Assembly (NCBI GenBank): GCA_040402355.1
Contig: JBBAMT010000002.1
Location: 11,975 to 75,974, forward strand
Length of the DNA: 64,000 bases
DNA from: Candidatus Planktophila sp.
GTDB taxonomy: Bacteria > Actinomycetota > Actinomycetes > Nanopelagicales > Nanopelagicaceae
Reading direction: 5' to 3'
Numbering within the stretch: position 1 is the stretch's first letter; every line of letters starts with the position of its first letter. A program made the position numbers and the translations under genes. Below are positions 9,332 to 19,609 of this stretch, in pieces. The notes under the pieces are model-generated. The model was given only the letters and a program-made list of their open reading frames with translations. It ran no database searches and had not been told where the DNA came from.

Positions 9332-10422
9332 TACTTACCTGCCTTAGCAAGTTCATCATCGATACGAGCCATAATGCGTTCCTGCACTTCAGCGATACCG
9401 ATTTCAGAGACAATCTCATTGAAGAAGCCACGCACAACAAGACGACGCGCATCATCCATATTGATTCCGCGAGACATCAAGTAGAAGAGCTGCTCATCAT
9501 CGAATCTGCCAGTCGTTGATGCGTGTCCTGCGCCAACAATTTCCCCAGTCTCAATTTCAAGGTTAGGGACAGAGTCTGCGCGGGCGCCATCTGAGAGCAA
9601 TAAGTTGCGGTTGAGTTCGTAGGTGTCTGTGCCTTCGGCCGCAGCGCGGATGAAGACATCACCAATCCAGACTGTATGTGCCTTATCCCCGGCAAGGGCA
9701 CCCTTGTAATTAACACGAGACTTGGCATTGGGAACCTTGTGATCGACGAACATGCGATGTTCGAAGAATTGACCAGCAGTTGCAAAGTAGACGCCAGATA
9801 GATCACATGACGCACCAGGTGCGATGAATTCGACAGTTGGTAGGAGGCGAACAAGGTTTCCACCCACTGTGACAACGATTGATTTGAAGGTTGCATCCCG
9901 ATCAACGATTGCATGATGGCGTGCGGCATGGATGGTCTGTGGACCCCATTCCTGTAGAGCAATGAGAGTCAGATGAGCGCCTGGCTCAACCACAATCTCG
10001 AGATCTTCAGCCAGATGTGTATCGCCAGAATTTTCAATAACAACGACAGCCTTCGAGTGGTTCCCGGCCTTGATCAGAACACGGGAGAACTCTGCAGAAT
10101 CAATCCCGAATGAGGTGCGGTTCAGGAAGATTGGTTCTGCAATCTCTGCATTTGCAGCGATCGAAAGAACAGCGCCTTTTGAGGTGAATTCGCGGATGCG
10201 ATTGACAATCGCATCATCAGTCTCAGTTACGGCTTGAATCTCTTGATGAGTAAAGGTCACGCCAGTTGGAAGTGCGCCTTTTACAGCGAGTGAATTTCGC
10301 TCTACTGCTTTAGCTGTTCCATCATGCATTCCACCAAGACGCTTAAGCGGTGTAAAGCGCCATGCCTCCTCGCGCCCCGTGGGCGTGTGGTTTTCAAGAA
10401 TATTTGATTGAAGCGTTGTCAT
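9331..10422 (-). CDS. sufD: Fe-S assembly protein SufD
   Basis: 363 aa. The C-terminal [16 protein letters not shown] motif is shared with SufB. Operon context supports the call. Confidence 0.93.
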   Translation of the reverse strand: MTTLQSNILENHTPTGREEAWRFTPLKRLGGMHDGTAKAVERNSLAVKGALPTGVTFTHQEIQAVTETDDAIVNRIREFTSKGAVLSIAANAEIAEPIFLNRTSFGIDSAEFSRVLIKAGNHSKAVVVIENSGDTHLAEDLEIVVEPGAHLTLIALQEWGPQTIHAARHHAIVDRDATFKSIVVTVGGNLVRLLPTVEFIAPGASCDLSGVYFATAGQFFEHRMFVDHKVPNAKSRVNYKGALAGDKAHTVWIGDVFIRAAAEGTDTYELNRNLLLSDGARADSVPNLEIETGEIVGAGHASTTGRFDDEQLFYLMSRGINMDDARRLVVRGFFNEIVSEIGIAEVQERIMARIDDELAKAGK

Positions 10423-11831
10423 TATCCGACTGAACCTTCCATCTGAAGTTCGATGAGTCGATTGAGTTCGAGCGCATACTCCATGGGGAGCTCACGCGCG
10501 ATTGGTTCAATAAATCCACGGACAATCATCGCCATCGCTTCATCTTCATTAAGACCGCGTGACATGAGGTAGAAGAGCTGATCATCTGAGATCTTCGAAA
10601 CAGTCGCTTCGTGGCCCATTGAGACATCGTCTTCACGAATATCGACGTATGGGTATGTATCGGAACGCGAAATTGTGTCAACCAAAAGTGCATCGCACTT
10701 GACTGTGCTTGCTGAGTGGTGCGCACCTTCTTGAACCTGGACGAGTCCACGGTATGAAGTACGGCCGCCGCCACGGGCAACCGACTTTGAGATGACAGAA
10801 GAAGATGTGTACGGAGCTGCGTGAACCATCTTCGCACCTGAATCTTGGTGTTGGCCAGGACCTGCAAAGGCAAGTGAAAGTGTTTCACCCTTTGCGTGTG
10901 GACCCATCAACATAACGGCTGGGTACTTCATTGTGACCTTAGAGCCGATATTGCCATCGACCCATTCCATCGTCGCACCTTCAGCACAGGTTGCGCGCTT
11001 GGTTACCAAGTTGTAGACGTTGTTAGACCAATTCTGGATAGTTGTGTAACGAACACGCGCACCCTTTTTAACGATGATCTCAACTACTGCAGAGTGGAGA
11101 GAATCTGATTTGTAGATAGGTGCAGTACATCCTTCAACATAGTGAATGTATGAATCTTCATCCGCAATAATCAAGGTACGTTCGAACTGGCCCATATTCT
11201 CAGTGTTAATGCGGAAGTAGGCCTGTAGAGGAATATCAACGTGTACGCCCTTAGGGACGTAGATGAAGGATCCACCTGACCAGACAGATGTGTTGAGCGC
11301 TGCAAACTTGTTATCTCCAACTGGGATAACAGTTGCGAAGTACTCCTTGAAGAGTTCTGGGTGGAGTTTTAGCGCGCTATCAGTGTCAAGGAAGATGACG
11401 CCCTGCTTCTCAAGGTCTTCACGAATTGAGTGGTAAACAACTTCAGATTCGTACTGCGCAGCAACACCAGAGACAAGTCTCTGCTTCTCTGCCTCAGGAA
11501 TTCCGAGACGGTCATATGTATTTTTAATATCGTCTGGCAGGTCATCCCACGTGGTTGCCTGCTTCTCGGTGGAGCGAACGAAGTACTTGATTGTGTCGAA
11601 GAAGATTCCAGTCAGGTCTGAACCCCATGATGGCATTGGCTTCTTGTAGAAGAGGTCGAGTCCTTTAAGGCGCAGGTCGAGCATCCACTGTGGTTCGCTC
11701 TTCTTCGATGAGATATCGCGAACTACCTCTTCACTGAGTCCACGCTTAGCGTTTGACCCGGCATCGTTACTATCTGACCAGCCGTATTCGTAATTTCCGA
11801 GGCCTTCGAGTTCTGGGTGTGCAGTGGTCAT
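10422..11831 (-). CDS. sufB: Fe-S assembly scaffold SufB
   Basis: 469 aa, strongly SufB-like (no intein), with [13 protein letters not shown]. Confidence 0.96.
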   Translation of the reverse strand: MTTAHPELEGLGNYEYGWSDSNDAGSNAKRGLSEEVVRDISSKKSEPQWMLDLRLKGLDLFYKKPMPSWGSDLTGIFFDTIKYFVRSTEKQATTWDDLPDDIKNTYDRLGIPEAEKQRLVSGVAAQYESEVVYHSIREDLEKQGVIFLDTDSALKLHPELFKEYFATVIPVGDNKFAALNTSVWSGGSFIYVPKGVHVDIPLQAYFRINTENMGQFERTLIIADEDSYIHYVEGCTAPIYKSDSLHSAVVEIIVKKGARVRYTTIQNWSNNVYNLVTKRATCAEGATMEWVDGNIGSKVTMKYPAVMLMGPHAKGETLSLAFAGPGQHQDSGAKMVHAAPYTSSSVISKSVARGGGRTSYRGLVQVQEGAHHSASTVKCDALLVDTISRSDTYPYVDIREDDVSMGHEATVSKISDDQLFYLMSRGLNEDEAMAMIVRGFIEPIARELPMEYALELNRLIELQMEGSVG

Positions 11832-12565
11832 GAGGACGCCTTTCCAGCGGTGATTTTCTTCTTGGACTTTGTCTTTGCGATATTTGGGATGTATGTAGTG
11901 CAGACACCGTCGCCATGAGCGATCGTTGCCAAACGTTGAACGTGCGTTCCTAGGATGCGAGAGAAAGCTTCGGTCTCTGCCTCGCAGAGTTGTGGGAACT
12001 CTGCTGCCACGTGAGCGATGGGACAGTGATGTTGGCAGAGCTGCTCGCCCGATGGCCTGGACTCAATACTTGCGGCATACCCTTGACCTGTTAAGAATGT
12101 GGCAAGAGCATCAGATTTATTGGATCTCTTTGCAAGTGCGACAGTTGCTTTGCGTTCAATATCATCGGCTCGAGATTGCGCGAAGGCTTGAACGAGGTGT
12201 TCACCTGATTGCGCCGAGATAAATTTCAACGCTGCAACAGCTAAATCATCGTAGGAGTGCTCGAACTGCTGGCGACCTGTATCGGTCATAACAAATACTT
12301 TGGAGGGGCGGCCACGACCTCGGCTCAGAGCTTGGTGCGGCTCACGCGCTTCTAGGATTCCATCGCCCACCAAGAGATCGAGGTGGCGGCGAATTCCAGC
12401 CGGGGTGAGCTTCAAGCGCTCCCCCAGAACGACAGCCGTTGATGGGCCATTTTCGAGGACCGAGCGCGCTACAGCATCGCGCGTACTGAGGTCATCGATT
12501 TTCACAACAGTATTGTGTCGTAATTCGCCCTCCCTCGCCAATCCAAGATGGGGCGAGTTGCCCAC
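11828..12565 (-). CDS. sufR: SufR-type winged-helix regulator of the suf operon (start uncertain: ATG 12565 or GTG 12505)
   Basis: The N-terminal HTH ([17 protein letters not shown]) and the C-terminal cysteine cluster [21 protein letters not shown] are typical of SufR. 4-nt overlap with sufB. Confidence 0.82.
   Translation of the reverse strand: MGNSPHLGLAREGELRHNTVVKIDDLSTRDAVARSVLENGPSTAVVLGERLKLTPAGIRRHLDLLVGDGILEAREPHQALSRGRGRPSKVFVMTDTGRQQFEHSYDDLAVAALKFISAQSGEHLVQAFAQSRADDIERKATVALAKRSNKSDALATFLTGQGYAASIESRPSGEQLCQHHCPIAHVAAEFPQLCEAETEAFSRILGTHVQRLATIAHGDGVCTTYIPNIAKTKSKKKITAGKASS
12503..12517. promoter_or_regulatory. inverted repeat CACAA-N5-TTGTG at the sufR 5' end (candidate operator)
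   Basis: Perfect 5-bp arms read directly from the sequence (cacaacagtattgtg). It overlaps the candidate GTG start of sufR in the sufR/ctaA divergent region. Confidence 0.3.
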
Positions 12566-12587
12566 CTCAGGTCATAGGCTAAGTCTC

Positions 12588-13466
12588 ATGAGTAGAGCAG
12601 ATTCCATAGCGCGCAGAGCACTTCCTCCTTTCACCGGGCTACTTCTCTTTCTCCAGGGTGCTCTCATTATTACTGGCGGTGCCGTCCGATTAACTGGTTC
12701 GGGATTGGGCTGTCCTACATGGCCAGAATGCACGCCTGGTTCATATACCCCGGTCGCCGGCCAAGCAGAAGGCCAACTGCACGCCTCGATTGAATTCGGA
12801 AATCGCTTACTTACCTTCGCTCTCTTCTTTGCAGCTATCGCAACCATCATCGTCGTCTTCCGATCACATAGACGCGACCTGCGATTTTTAGCAGCAACGC
12901 AGATTCTTGGAATTCTTGCGCAAGGAGTACTTGGTGGAATTACCGTACTCACCAATCTCAATCCTCTTGCCGTTGCTTCTCATTTTATTCTCTCAATTTT
13001 TCTAGTCGCTGCAGCAACTTCCCTGCACTCGCGTCGCCATCACCCATTCGTGCGCACCTCATCATCGCATTTGAAGATTTCACGATTGTCGCTTACTCAT
13101 CTGCTGCTCTCATTCCTCGCCATCGCGATAGGAACATTGGTTACAGGTACTGGACCGCATGCAGGTGACGTAGGTTCACCGCGATTGAATTTTGCCATCA
13201 CAACAATCACGCGCATTCATAGCGCTTCCGTCTGGCTTCTACTTATCGTTACCTTCATCTTTATCTTCACCAAGAATTTGCCATACGAGACTCGTCGCTG
13301 GCTTCAGCTCTTTATCGTCCTTGCTATTGCCCAAGGCGCGCTCGGATATATCCAATACTTCCTAGGAGTGCCCGAACTCCTCGTCGGCTTCCATCTTCTT
13401 GGCTCAGTTCTAGCATGGATCGCAGCGTGGCGAATCAGACTTTCAGTAGTACGTAAACCCTCATAA
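12588..13466 (+). CDS. ctaA: heme A synthase (COX15/CtaA)
   Basis: ATG at 12588 (MSRADSIARR). The track ORF from 12300 overlaps sufR and is R/S-rich. Contains GGAVRLTGSGLGCPTWPEC and multiple TM helices with conserved His residues. Confidence 0.9.
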   Translation: MSRADSIARRALPPFTGLLLFLQGALIITGGAVRLTGSGLGCPTWPECTPGSYTPVAGQAEGQLHASIEFGNRLLTFALFFAAIATIIVVFRSHRRDLRFLAATQILGILAQGVLGGITVLTNLNPLAVASHFILSIFLVAAATSLHSRRHHPFVRTSSSHLKISRLSLTHLLLSFLAIAIGTLVTGTGPHAGDVGSPRLNFAITTITRIHSASVWLLLIVTFIFIFTKNLPYETRRWLQLFIVLAIAQGALGYIQYFLGVPELLVGFHLLGSVLAWIAAWRIRLSVVRKPS

Positions 13467-13476
13467 GGAGAAGAAA

Positions 13477-15525
13477 ATGACCAAGCTCGCTGGTTGGACC
13501 GAACTCGATGACCGCGCAGTTGCATACGCTCGCGCACTTGCAATGGATGCCGTGCAGAAGGTTGGAAACGGCCACCCCGGTACTGCGATGGCGCTTGCTC
13601 CTGTCGCCTACAACTTATTCCAACGTCACTTGGTTCATGATCCAGCAGATCCACAATGGTTAGGTCGTGATCGTTTTATCTTGTCATGTGGCCACTCATC
13701 CATGACTCTCTATACCCAACTCTTCTTCAGCGGATATGGACTTGAGATGGAAGATATTCAATCCTTCCGCACTTGGGGATCTCTCACACCAGGTCATCCT
13801 GAATTTGGCCACACGGCCGGCGTTGAAATGACTACTGGTCCACTCGGTGCAGGCGTTGCAACTTCCGTGGGCTTCGCAATGGCGGCACGCTATGAGCGCG
13901 GACTTCTCGATCCTGATGCAGCCGTTGGTACCTCGCCCTTTGATCACTCCATCTGGGTTATCTGCTCTGACGGCGATCTGCAAGAGGGAGTTTCCGGAGA
14001 AGCATCATCACTTGCCGGAACACAAGAGCTTGGCAATCTCAATATTATTTACGATGACAACAGAATTTCAATTGAAGGCGACACACACATTTCATTTACT
14101 GAAGATGTCGCAGCTCGATACCGTGCATATGGTTGGCACGTCATTGAAGTTGCAGCTCTTGCTGATGGAAATGTAGATCTCGCATCACTTGATGCTGCGA
14201 TGATTGCGGCAAAGGCAGAGATCAAGCGCCCTTCACTGATTCGTATGCAGACCACGATTGCATGGCCAGCACCGAAACTTCGAGGAACTGCTAAATCACA
14301 TGGATCAGCTCTCGGCGACGAGGAAATTGCCGCTACTAAGAAGGAGCTTGGACTTAACCCGGATGAGAAGTTTGCAATGCCGGCAGATGTCTTTGCCCAT
14401 GTTCGCGCAGTGAAAGAGCGAGGCGCTGCAGCGCGCACGGTGTGGGATGGAAAATTTGCGCAATGGCAGAGCGCTTATCCGGATCGCGCCACACTTTTAC
14501 AGCGATTAGTTGCTCGCGAACTTCCTGTTGGTTGGGGATCGGCAATACCAACATTCGAATCTGGTAAAGATGTGGCTACTCGCACTGCATCAGGACACGT
14601 CATCAATGGAATTGCAAAGGTTCTCCCGGAGTTCTGGGGTGGGTCTGCCGATCTTGCTGACTCAAATATGACAACTATCGAAGGTGGAAATTCATTCTTG
14701 CCTGCGACAAGTGCGATGAAGAACGCTGATCCATATGGTCGCATCATCCACTTCGGTATCCGCGAACATGCGATGGGATCTATCGTCAATGGAATAGCGC
14801 TCCACGGTCTTACCCGTCCCTTTGCAGGAACATTTGCAGTCTTTAGCGATTACATGCGTCCTGCTGTGCGCCTTGCGGCAATCATGGATATTCCTTCCAC
14901 ATTTGTCTGGACTCACGACTCCATCGGTGTTGGTGAAGATGGACCAACCCATCAACCTATCGAACACTTTGCAGCGCTTCGCGCGATTCCTAACTTTGCA
15001 GTTATTCGACCAGCAGATGCCAATGAGACTGCGCAGGCGTGGAAATCTGTTATCAAACGTAACAAACCAGCTGGATTCTTACTCTCGCGCCAGAATCTTC
15101 GTACCGTAGATCGCACCACTCATGGAGATGTCGCTGGTGTCGATAAGGGGGCCTATATTCTTAAAGAAGCTTCCTCTGCGGCGAAGGTCGTCATCATCGC
15201 CACAGGTTCTGAAATCGGAATTGCACTCGATGCTCAAATTAATCTCGAAACAGCAGGTGTACCTACTCGCGTAGTGAGCGCACCATGCCTCGAATGGTTT
15301 AACGAACAGCCAGATTCATATCGTGTCGCAGTCCTTCCTCACAACACTCTTCGAGTGAGTATCGAGGCGGGAATTGCGCTCGGTTGGCGTGAATATGTGG
15401 GAGATTCAGGAATCATCATCTCCCTCGATCATTGGGGTGCATCTGCGGCAGCACCAAAACTCTTCTCTGAGTTTGGTCTCACAGCAGAACGAGTCGTCAC
15501 TGATGTGAAGAGGGCTCTTGCGTGA
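13477..15525 (+). CDS. tkt: transketolase
   Basis: 682 aa with GNGHPGTAMALAP, the GDLQEG ThDP motif and GEDGPTHQPIE. Confidence 0.97.
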   Translation: MTKLAGWTELDDRAVAYARALAMDAVQKVGNGHPGTAMALAPVAYNLFQRHLVHDPADPQWLGRDRFILSCGHSSMTLYTQLFFSGYGLEMEDIQSFRTWGSLTPGHPEFGHTAGVEMTTGPLGAGVATSVGFAMAARYERGLLDPDAAVGTSPFDHSIWVICSDGDLQEGVSGEASSLAGTQELGNLNIIYDDNRISIEGDTHISFTEDVAARYRAYGWHVIEVAALADGNVDLASLDAAMIAAKAEIKRPSLIRMQTTIAWPAPKLRGTAKSHGSALGDEEIAATKKELGLNPDEKFAMPADVFAHVRAVKERGAAARTVWDGKFAQWQSAYPDRATLLQRLVARELPVGWGSAIPTFESGKDVATRTASGHVINGIAKVLPEFWGGSADLADSNMTTIEGGNSFLPATSAMKNADPYGRIIHFGIREHAMGSIVNGIALHGLTRPFAGTFAVFSDYMRPAVRLAAIMDIPSTFVWTHDSIGVGEDGPTHQPIEHFAALRAIPNFAVIRPADANETAQAWKSVIKRNKPAGFLLSRQNLRTVDRTTHGDVAGVDKGAYILKEASSAAKVVIIATGSEIGIALDAQINLETAGVPTRVVSAPCLEWFNEQPDSYRVAVLPHNTLRVSIEAGIALGWREYVGDSGIIISLDHWGASAAAPKLFSEFGLTAERVVTDVKRALA

Positions 15526-16610
15526 GTGCATCTGATGTAGCCCGCTTCGGTACTTCAATCTGGCTCGATGATCTCTCCCGTGCCAAAATCACCGGAACTG
15601 ACTCTCATTCACTCCCCCAGCGGATCAAAGATGCATCTGTTGTTGGAGTAACGACAAACCCAAGTATCTTCGCTGCTGCCATTTCAGGAGCAGAAGAATA
15701 TGCAGCAGATATTGCAGAACTTAAGGGAGCTACGCCAGATGCCATCGTCCGTCGCCTTACAACCGATGATGTGCGCGCTGCCTGTGATCTCTTCACCGCT
15801 ATCTACCAACAATCTGACGGCGTTGATGGGCGAGTCAGCATAGAAGTTGACCCGCGACTAGCCCATGACACTGCCGGGACAATTGCTGACGGGAAAGAAC
15901 TTCATGCAATTGTTGATCGCGCCAATGTGATGATTAAAGTACCGGCCACCCTCGAAGGGTTGCCTGCAATTACCGCCCTCGTTGCAGATGGGATGAGCGT
16001 CAATGTCACTCTCATCTTCTCTGTCGAACGATATGCACTTGTTATCGATGCATTTATGAAAGGCCTTGAAGCTAGGGCTAAGGCAGGTAAGGCGCTTGCT
16101 GGTGTTCACTCCGTTGCCTCCTTCTTCGTCAGTCGCATTGATTCCGCCATCGATCCCCAACTCGAAAAGGTTGGCGCCACTTCACTTCTTGGTAAAGCGG
16201 CAATTGCGAATGCGCATATCGCCTACGAGCTATTTCTTCAGGAGAGTAAGAGTGAGCGTTGGAAAGCTCTCTCATCACTTGGCGCTCACATGCAGCGACC
16301 TTTATGGGCATCTACTGGAGTAAAGAACCCTGCCTATGAAGACACGCGCTATGTTGTAGAACTTGTGGCGGCAGATTGCGTTAATACAATGCCGCAAGCA
16401 ACTCTCGATGCCCTGATAGATCATGGTGTTGTTCGAGGGGATGCAATCACAGCCTCCATTGAGCAGGCACATAGCAATATCAGCGCCATTGAAAATGCGG
16501 GAATTTCACTTGCCGCCGTTACTGCAGAGCTTGAAGTGAAAGGTCTGGCATCTTTCGCCGAAGCCTGGGAAGTTCTCTTACAGAGCATAGCTAAAGCGAG
16601 TCGCGAGTGA
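15522..16610 (+). CDS. tal: transaldolase (long actinobacterial type)
   Basis: 362 aa with GVTTNPSIF and IKVPAT motifs. 4-nt overlap with tkt. Confidence 0.95.
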   Translation: MSASDVARFGTSIWLDDLSRAKITGTDSHSLPQRIKDASVVGVTTNPSIFAAAISGAEEYAADIAELKGATPDAIVRRLTTDDVRAACDLFTAIYQQSDGVDGRVSIEVDPRLAHDTAGTIADGKELHAIVDRANVMIKVPATLEGLPAITALVADGMSVNVTLIFSVERYALVIDAFMKGLEARAKAGKALAGVHSVASFFVSRIDSAIDPQLEKVGATSLLGKAAIANAHIAYELFLQESKSERWKALSSLGAHMQRPLWASTGVKNPAYEDTRYVVELVAADCVNTMPQATLDALIDHGVVRGDAITASIEQAHSNISAIENAGISLAAVTAELEVKGLASFAEAWEVLLQSIAKASRE

Positions 16611-18142
16611 AGATTTCCGGTTCGTCGCTCTCAAAGATTGATAGAACTTCCACTCTCTATCAAGAGCTTACATCTGCTCATCTGCGCATCTGCGCTAAAG
16701 ATCCGCTGACCTGGGGGTCAAAGGCTGCAGCGGAAGCAGCTGTACGACTTAATTGGATTGATCTTCCACAATCATCAACGGCGCTACTCCCCCTCTTAAG
16801 CGAGATCACCAAGAAGTTTGCCTTCCACACCCGAGTTGTCTTATGTGGCATGGGTGGTTCATCCCTTGGTCCAGAAGTTATTGCCAAGAGTTTCGGGAAA
16901 GAGCTCTTCATCTTCGATTCGACAGATCCGCAATATGCCCAGCACGCACTCACGGGTGATTTATCTACAACAGTTGTTATCGTGAGTTCAAAATCTGGTT
17001 CAACAATTGAGACATCTTCACAACGCGCACTATTTACCCAAGCCTTTGAAGCAGCGGGGCTTGATCCCCGAAACCATATGCTCTTTATCACCGACCCTGG
17101 TTCACCGCTGGATCAAGAGGTGCGGTCTGAGAATTACACAGTCATCAATGCAGATCCGAATGTGGGTGGACGCTTTAGCGTATTAGGCGCCTTTGGACTC
17201 ACCCCGGCAGCTTTTATCGGAGCGCCAGTCAGTGACATTGTGGCGCAAGCTCAAGCAGAGAAACTTCACTTCGTAGCAAACCCACAGAGCGTCCTTGATG
17301 TGGCATACGCCTTTGCCGTAATCGCCGGCCAGTACCTCGCTTTCACTGATAACGGGTCTCAACTCCCCGGACTCTCTGACTGGATTGAACAACTGATAGC
17401 TGAGTCCACTGGAAAAGATGCAACTGGGCGCCTACCCATTGCAACAGAATCCTTAGAAGATGCTCGCGTCGGTGGTTCATTTACCATCGCATTTGCTGGA
17501 ACTGGTGCAGATCTCATTGCCGAAGGACCACTTGGTGCTCACTTCATCTTCTGGGAATGGGTGACGGCGCTTCTTGGAGTCGCCTTTAAGATCGATCCCT
17601 TTAATCAACCCAATGTCACTGAAGCTAAAGAACAGACTGCTGCCTGCCTGCAAGAGTGGAATAACATCATTCCCGTCATGACTCCACAAGTGAGTGAGAA
17701 GTCCGTAGATATTTTTGGTGATGGGCAATCTCTCAAAGATGCTCTTGCCACCTTTATCGAAGGCGTGGCAGATGGCGGCTACATCTCTGTCATGGCATAT
17801 CTAGATCGCGCCCAGGATGTAAAGATTGCAGAGCTACGCGCCATCCTCGCCACAAAAGCTAACAAGCCAACGCAATTTGGCTGGGGGCCACGCTTCCTGC
17901 ATTCGACCGGGCAATTTCATAAAGGTGGGCAGCGCAACGGATCCTTCTTGCAGATCACCGCAGAGTCAGATTGTGACTTCCAGATACCCGGCCGAGACTT
18001 CGGACTGCGCACCCTGGTCTTTGCGCAAGCAATCGGAGATAACCGAGCGCTTGCTACAAGAAAATACCCGCTCCTTCGTCTGCATCTGCAGAATCGAAGT
18101 GCGGGTATTGATGAAATCTTAGCTGCGGCCAGATCCCTTTAA
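16607..18142 (+). CDS. pgi: glucose-6-phosphate isomerase
   Basis: 511-aa SIS/PGI family protein (CGMGGSSLGPEV, SKSGSTIET, GGRFSVL). 4-nt overlap with tal. Confidence 0.88.
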   Translation: MKISGSSLSKIDRTSTLYQELTSAHLRICAKDPLTWGSKAAAEAAVRLNWIDLPQSSTALLPLLSEITKKFAFHTRVVLCGMGGSSLGPEVIAKSFGKELFIFDSTDPQYAQHALTGDLSTTVVIVSSKSGSTIETSSQRALFTQAFEAAGLDPRNHMLFITDPGSPLDQEVRSENYTVINADPNVGGRFSVLGAFGLTPAAFIGAPVSDIVAQAQAEKLHFVANPQSVLDVAYAFAVIAGQYLAFTDNGSQLPGLSDWIEQLIAESTGKDATGRLPIATESLEDARVGGSFTIAFAGTGADLIAEGPLGAHFIFWEWVTALLGVAFKIDPFNQPNVTEAKEQTAACLQEWNNIIPVMTPQVSEKSVDIFGDGQSLKDALATFIEGVADGGYISVMAYLDRAQDVKIAELRAILATKANKPTQFGWGPRFLHSTGQFHKGGQRNGSFLQITAESDCDFQIPGRDFGLRTLVFAQAIGDNRALATRKYPLLRLHLQNRSAGIDEILAAARSL

Positions 18143-18154
18143 AATCTTTAGAAA

Positions 18155-18496
18155 TTATTCGATGTCATCTCCGCGAAGCTTGCGAAGTGCATCTTCTAGA
18201 ATCTTCTCGCCCTCTTTATCGGTTCGACGCTCCTTTACATAGGCAAGGTGAGTCTTGTAAGGAATATTGACTACCGCACTCGGTGGATTGTTCTTATCGC
18301 GACCTGCAGGTAGCCCGCACTTAGGGCAATCCCACTCAGCTGGAATTACAACAGTCTCTTCGACTGCAAATGATGGTCGCACTTCATGTCCATTGGCACA
18401 CCAGTAAGAAACTGTTGCGCGCTCGATCTGATCGCCGCGCTCTGCCTCGCCCATTGGGCCGGCGCCGACACGGCTTCCGCGAATTGCACTTGCCAT
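18155..18496 (-). CDS. rbpA: RNA polymerase-binding protein RbpA
   Basis: 113 aa with YWCANGHE ... CPKCG zinc-ribbon-like core and the C-terminal THLAYVKERR sigma-interaction motif. Confidence 0.93.
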   Translation of the reverse strand: MASAIRGSRVGAGPMGEAERGDQIERATVSYWCANGHEVRPSFAVEETVVIPAEWDCPKCGLPAGRDKNNPPSAVVNIPYKTHLAYVKERRTDKEGEKILEDALRKLRGDDIE

Positions 18497-18499
18497 GGA

Positions 18500-18730
18500 T
18501 TAACCCTTCAAAACGAGTGAGAGACCGACGACGCCTGCGAACCAGAGTCCACCGACAACGATTGTGATGCGATCTAGATTGCGCTCTACGACAGAGGAAC
18601 CGCCATAGTTAGATGAGATGCCGCCACCGAATAGATCGGAGAGGCCAGAACCCTTGCCCTTATGGAGAAGGACGAGAAGGATCATCAAGACGCTGGTGAT
18701 GATCAGAAATATTGAGAGCGCTAAGGACAT
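18500..18730 (-). CDS. secG: preprotein translocase subunit SecG
   Basis: 76 aa with two TM segments and LLHKGKGSGLSDLFGGG. Confidence 0.9.
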   Translation of the reverse strand: MSLALSIFLIITSVLMILLVLLHKGKGSGLSDLFGGGISSNYGGSSVVERNLDRITIVVGGLWFAGVVGLSLVLKG

Positions 18731-18789
18731 GCGTAAAACTCCTCTTAGGTAGGGGTACAGGATACCCGAATGCGTTGGAAAGCTCTGAC

Positions 18790-19566
18790 TTAGGCCTGAG
18801 CGTGGAATTTCACAATCTTGGCAAGCTCTTCAGGATCGATGCTCGCTCCCCCAATGAGGGCGCCATCGACATCAGGCTGCTTCATGATCTCTGCGATATT
18901 TGCAGATTTAACAGAGCCGCCATACAAGATGCGCATATTGGCAGCAATCTCTCCTGACCCAATCTGTTCAACCTCTTCACGAATCGCAGCACAGACTTCT
19001 TGCGCATCCTCTGGGGTCGCAGTCTTGCCGGTGCCGATTGCCCAGACAGGTTCGTAAGCGATGACAATCTTCTTTAGGTCTGGCTTATGGAAACCTTCGA
19101 GGCCAGCGCGAACTTGGCGGATGACATGTGAAACATGAGTGCCAGATTCGCGAATGGAAAGCTCTTCACCAACACAGAATATGGGCGTGATTTCGCTCGC
19201 AAGGGCAGCCTTGATTTTACGATTTACCAAGGCATCATCTTCATGGTGGATCGCACGTCGCTCAGAGTGGCCGACTACGACAAAGGAGCAACCCAATTTC
19301 TTCAGCATAGATCCGGAGATATCGCCGGTGAATGCGCCCGAACTTTCAGGTGACAGGTCTTGTGCGCCGTATTGCAGGCGGAGGCGATCTCCATCGACCA
19401 TGGTCTGAATCGAGCGAATATCGGTAAAAGGAGGAATCACTGCAACATCGACTGCGTCGTAATCCTTATCGTCGAGCGAGTAGACAAGCTTCTGTGCAAC
19501 TGCGATCGCCTCAAGGTGATTGAGGTTCATCTTCCAGTTACCTGCCATGAGTGGCTTACGCATCAT
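18790..19566 (-). CDS. tpiA: triosephosphate isomerase
   Basis: 258 aa with AGNWKMN, GHSERR and [10 protein letters not shown]. Confidence 0.97.
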   Translation of the reverse strand: MMRKPLMAGNWKMNLNHLEAIAVAQKLVYSLDDKDYDAVDVAVIPPFTDIRSIQTMVDGDRLRLQYGAQDLSPESSGAFTGDISGSMLKKLGCSFVVVGHSERRAIHHEDDALVNRKIKAALASEITPIFCVGEELSIRESGTHVSHVIRQVRAGLEGFHKPDLKKIVIAYEPVWAIGTGKTATPEDAQEVCAAIREEVEQIGSGEIAANMRILYGGSVKSANIAEIMKQPDVDGALIGGASIDPEELAKIVKFHAQA

Positions 19567-19609
19567 TTACTCCCTTAACGGATTACTTATCTATGGATTG
19601 ATATAAAGC

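Noticed and set aside
12300-12587. N-terminal 96-residue extension of the ctaA ORF given by the track
   Set aside because: It overlaps sufR on the opposite strand, is R/S/P-rich, and has no CtaA similarity. The conserved CtaA sequence begins at ATG 12588.
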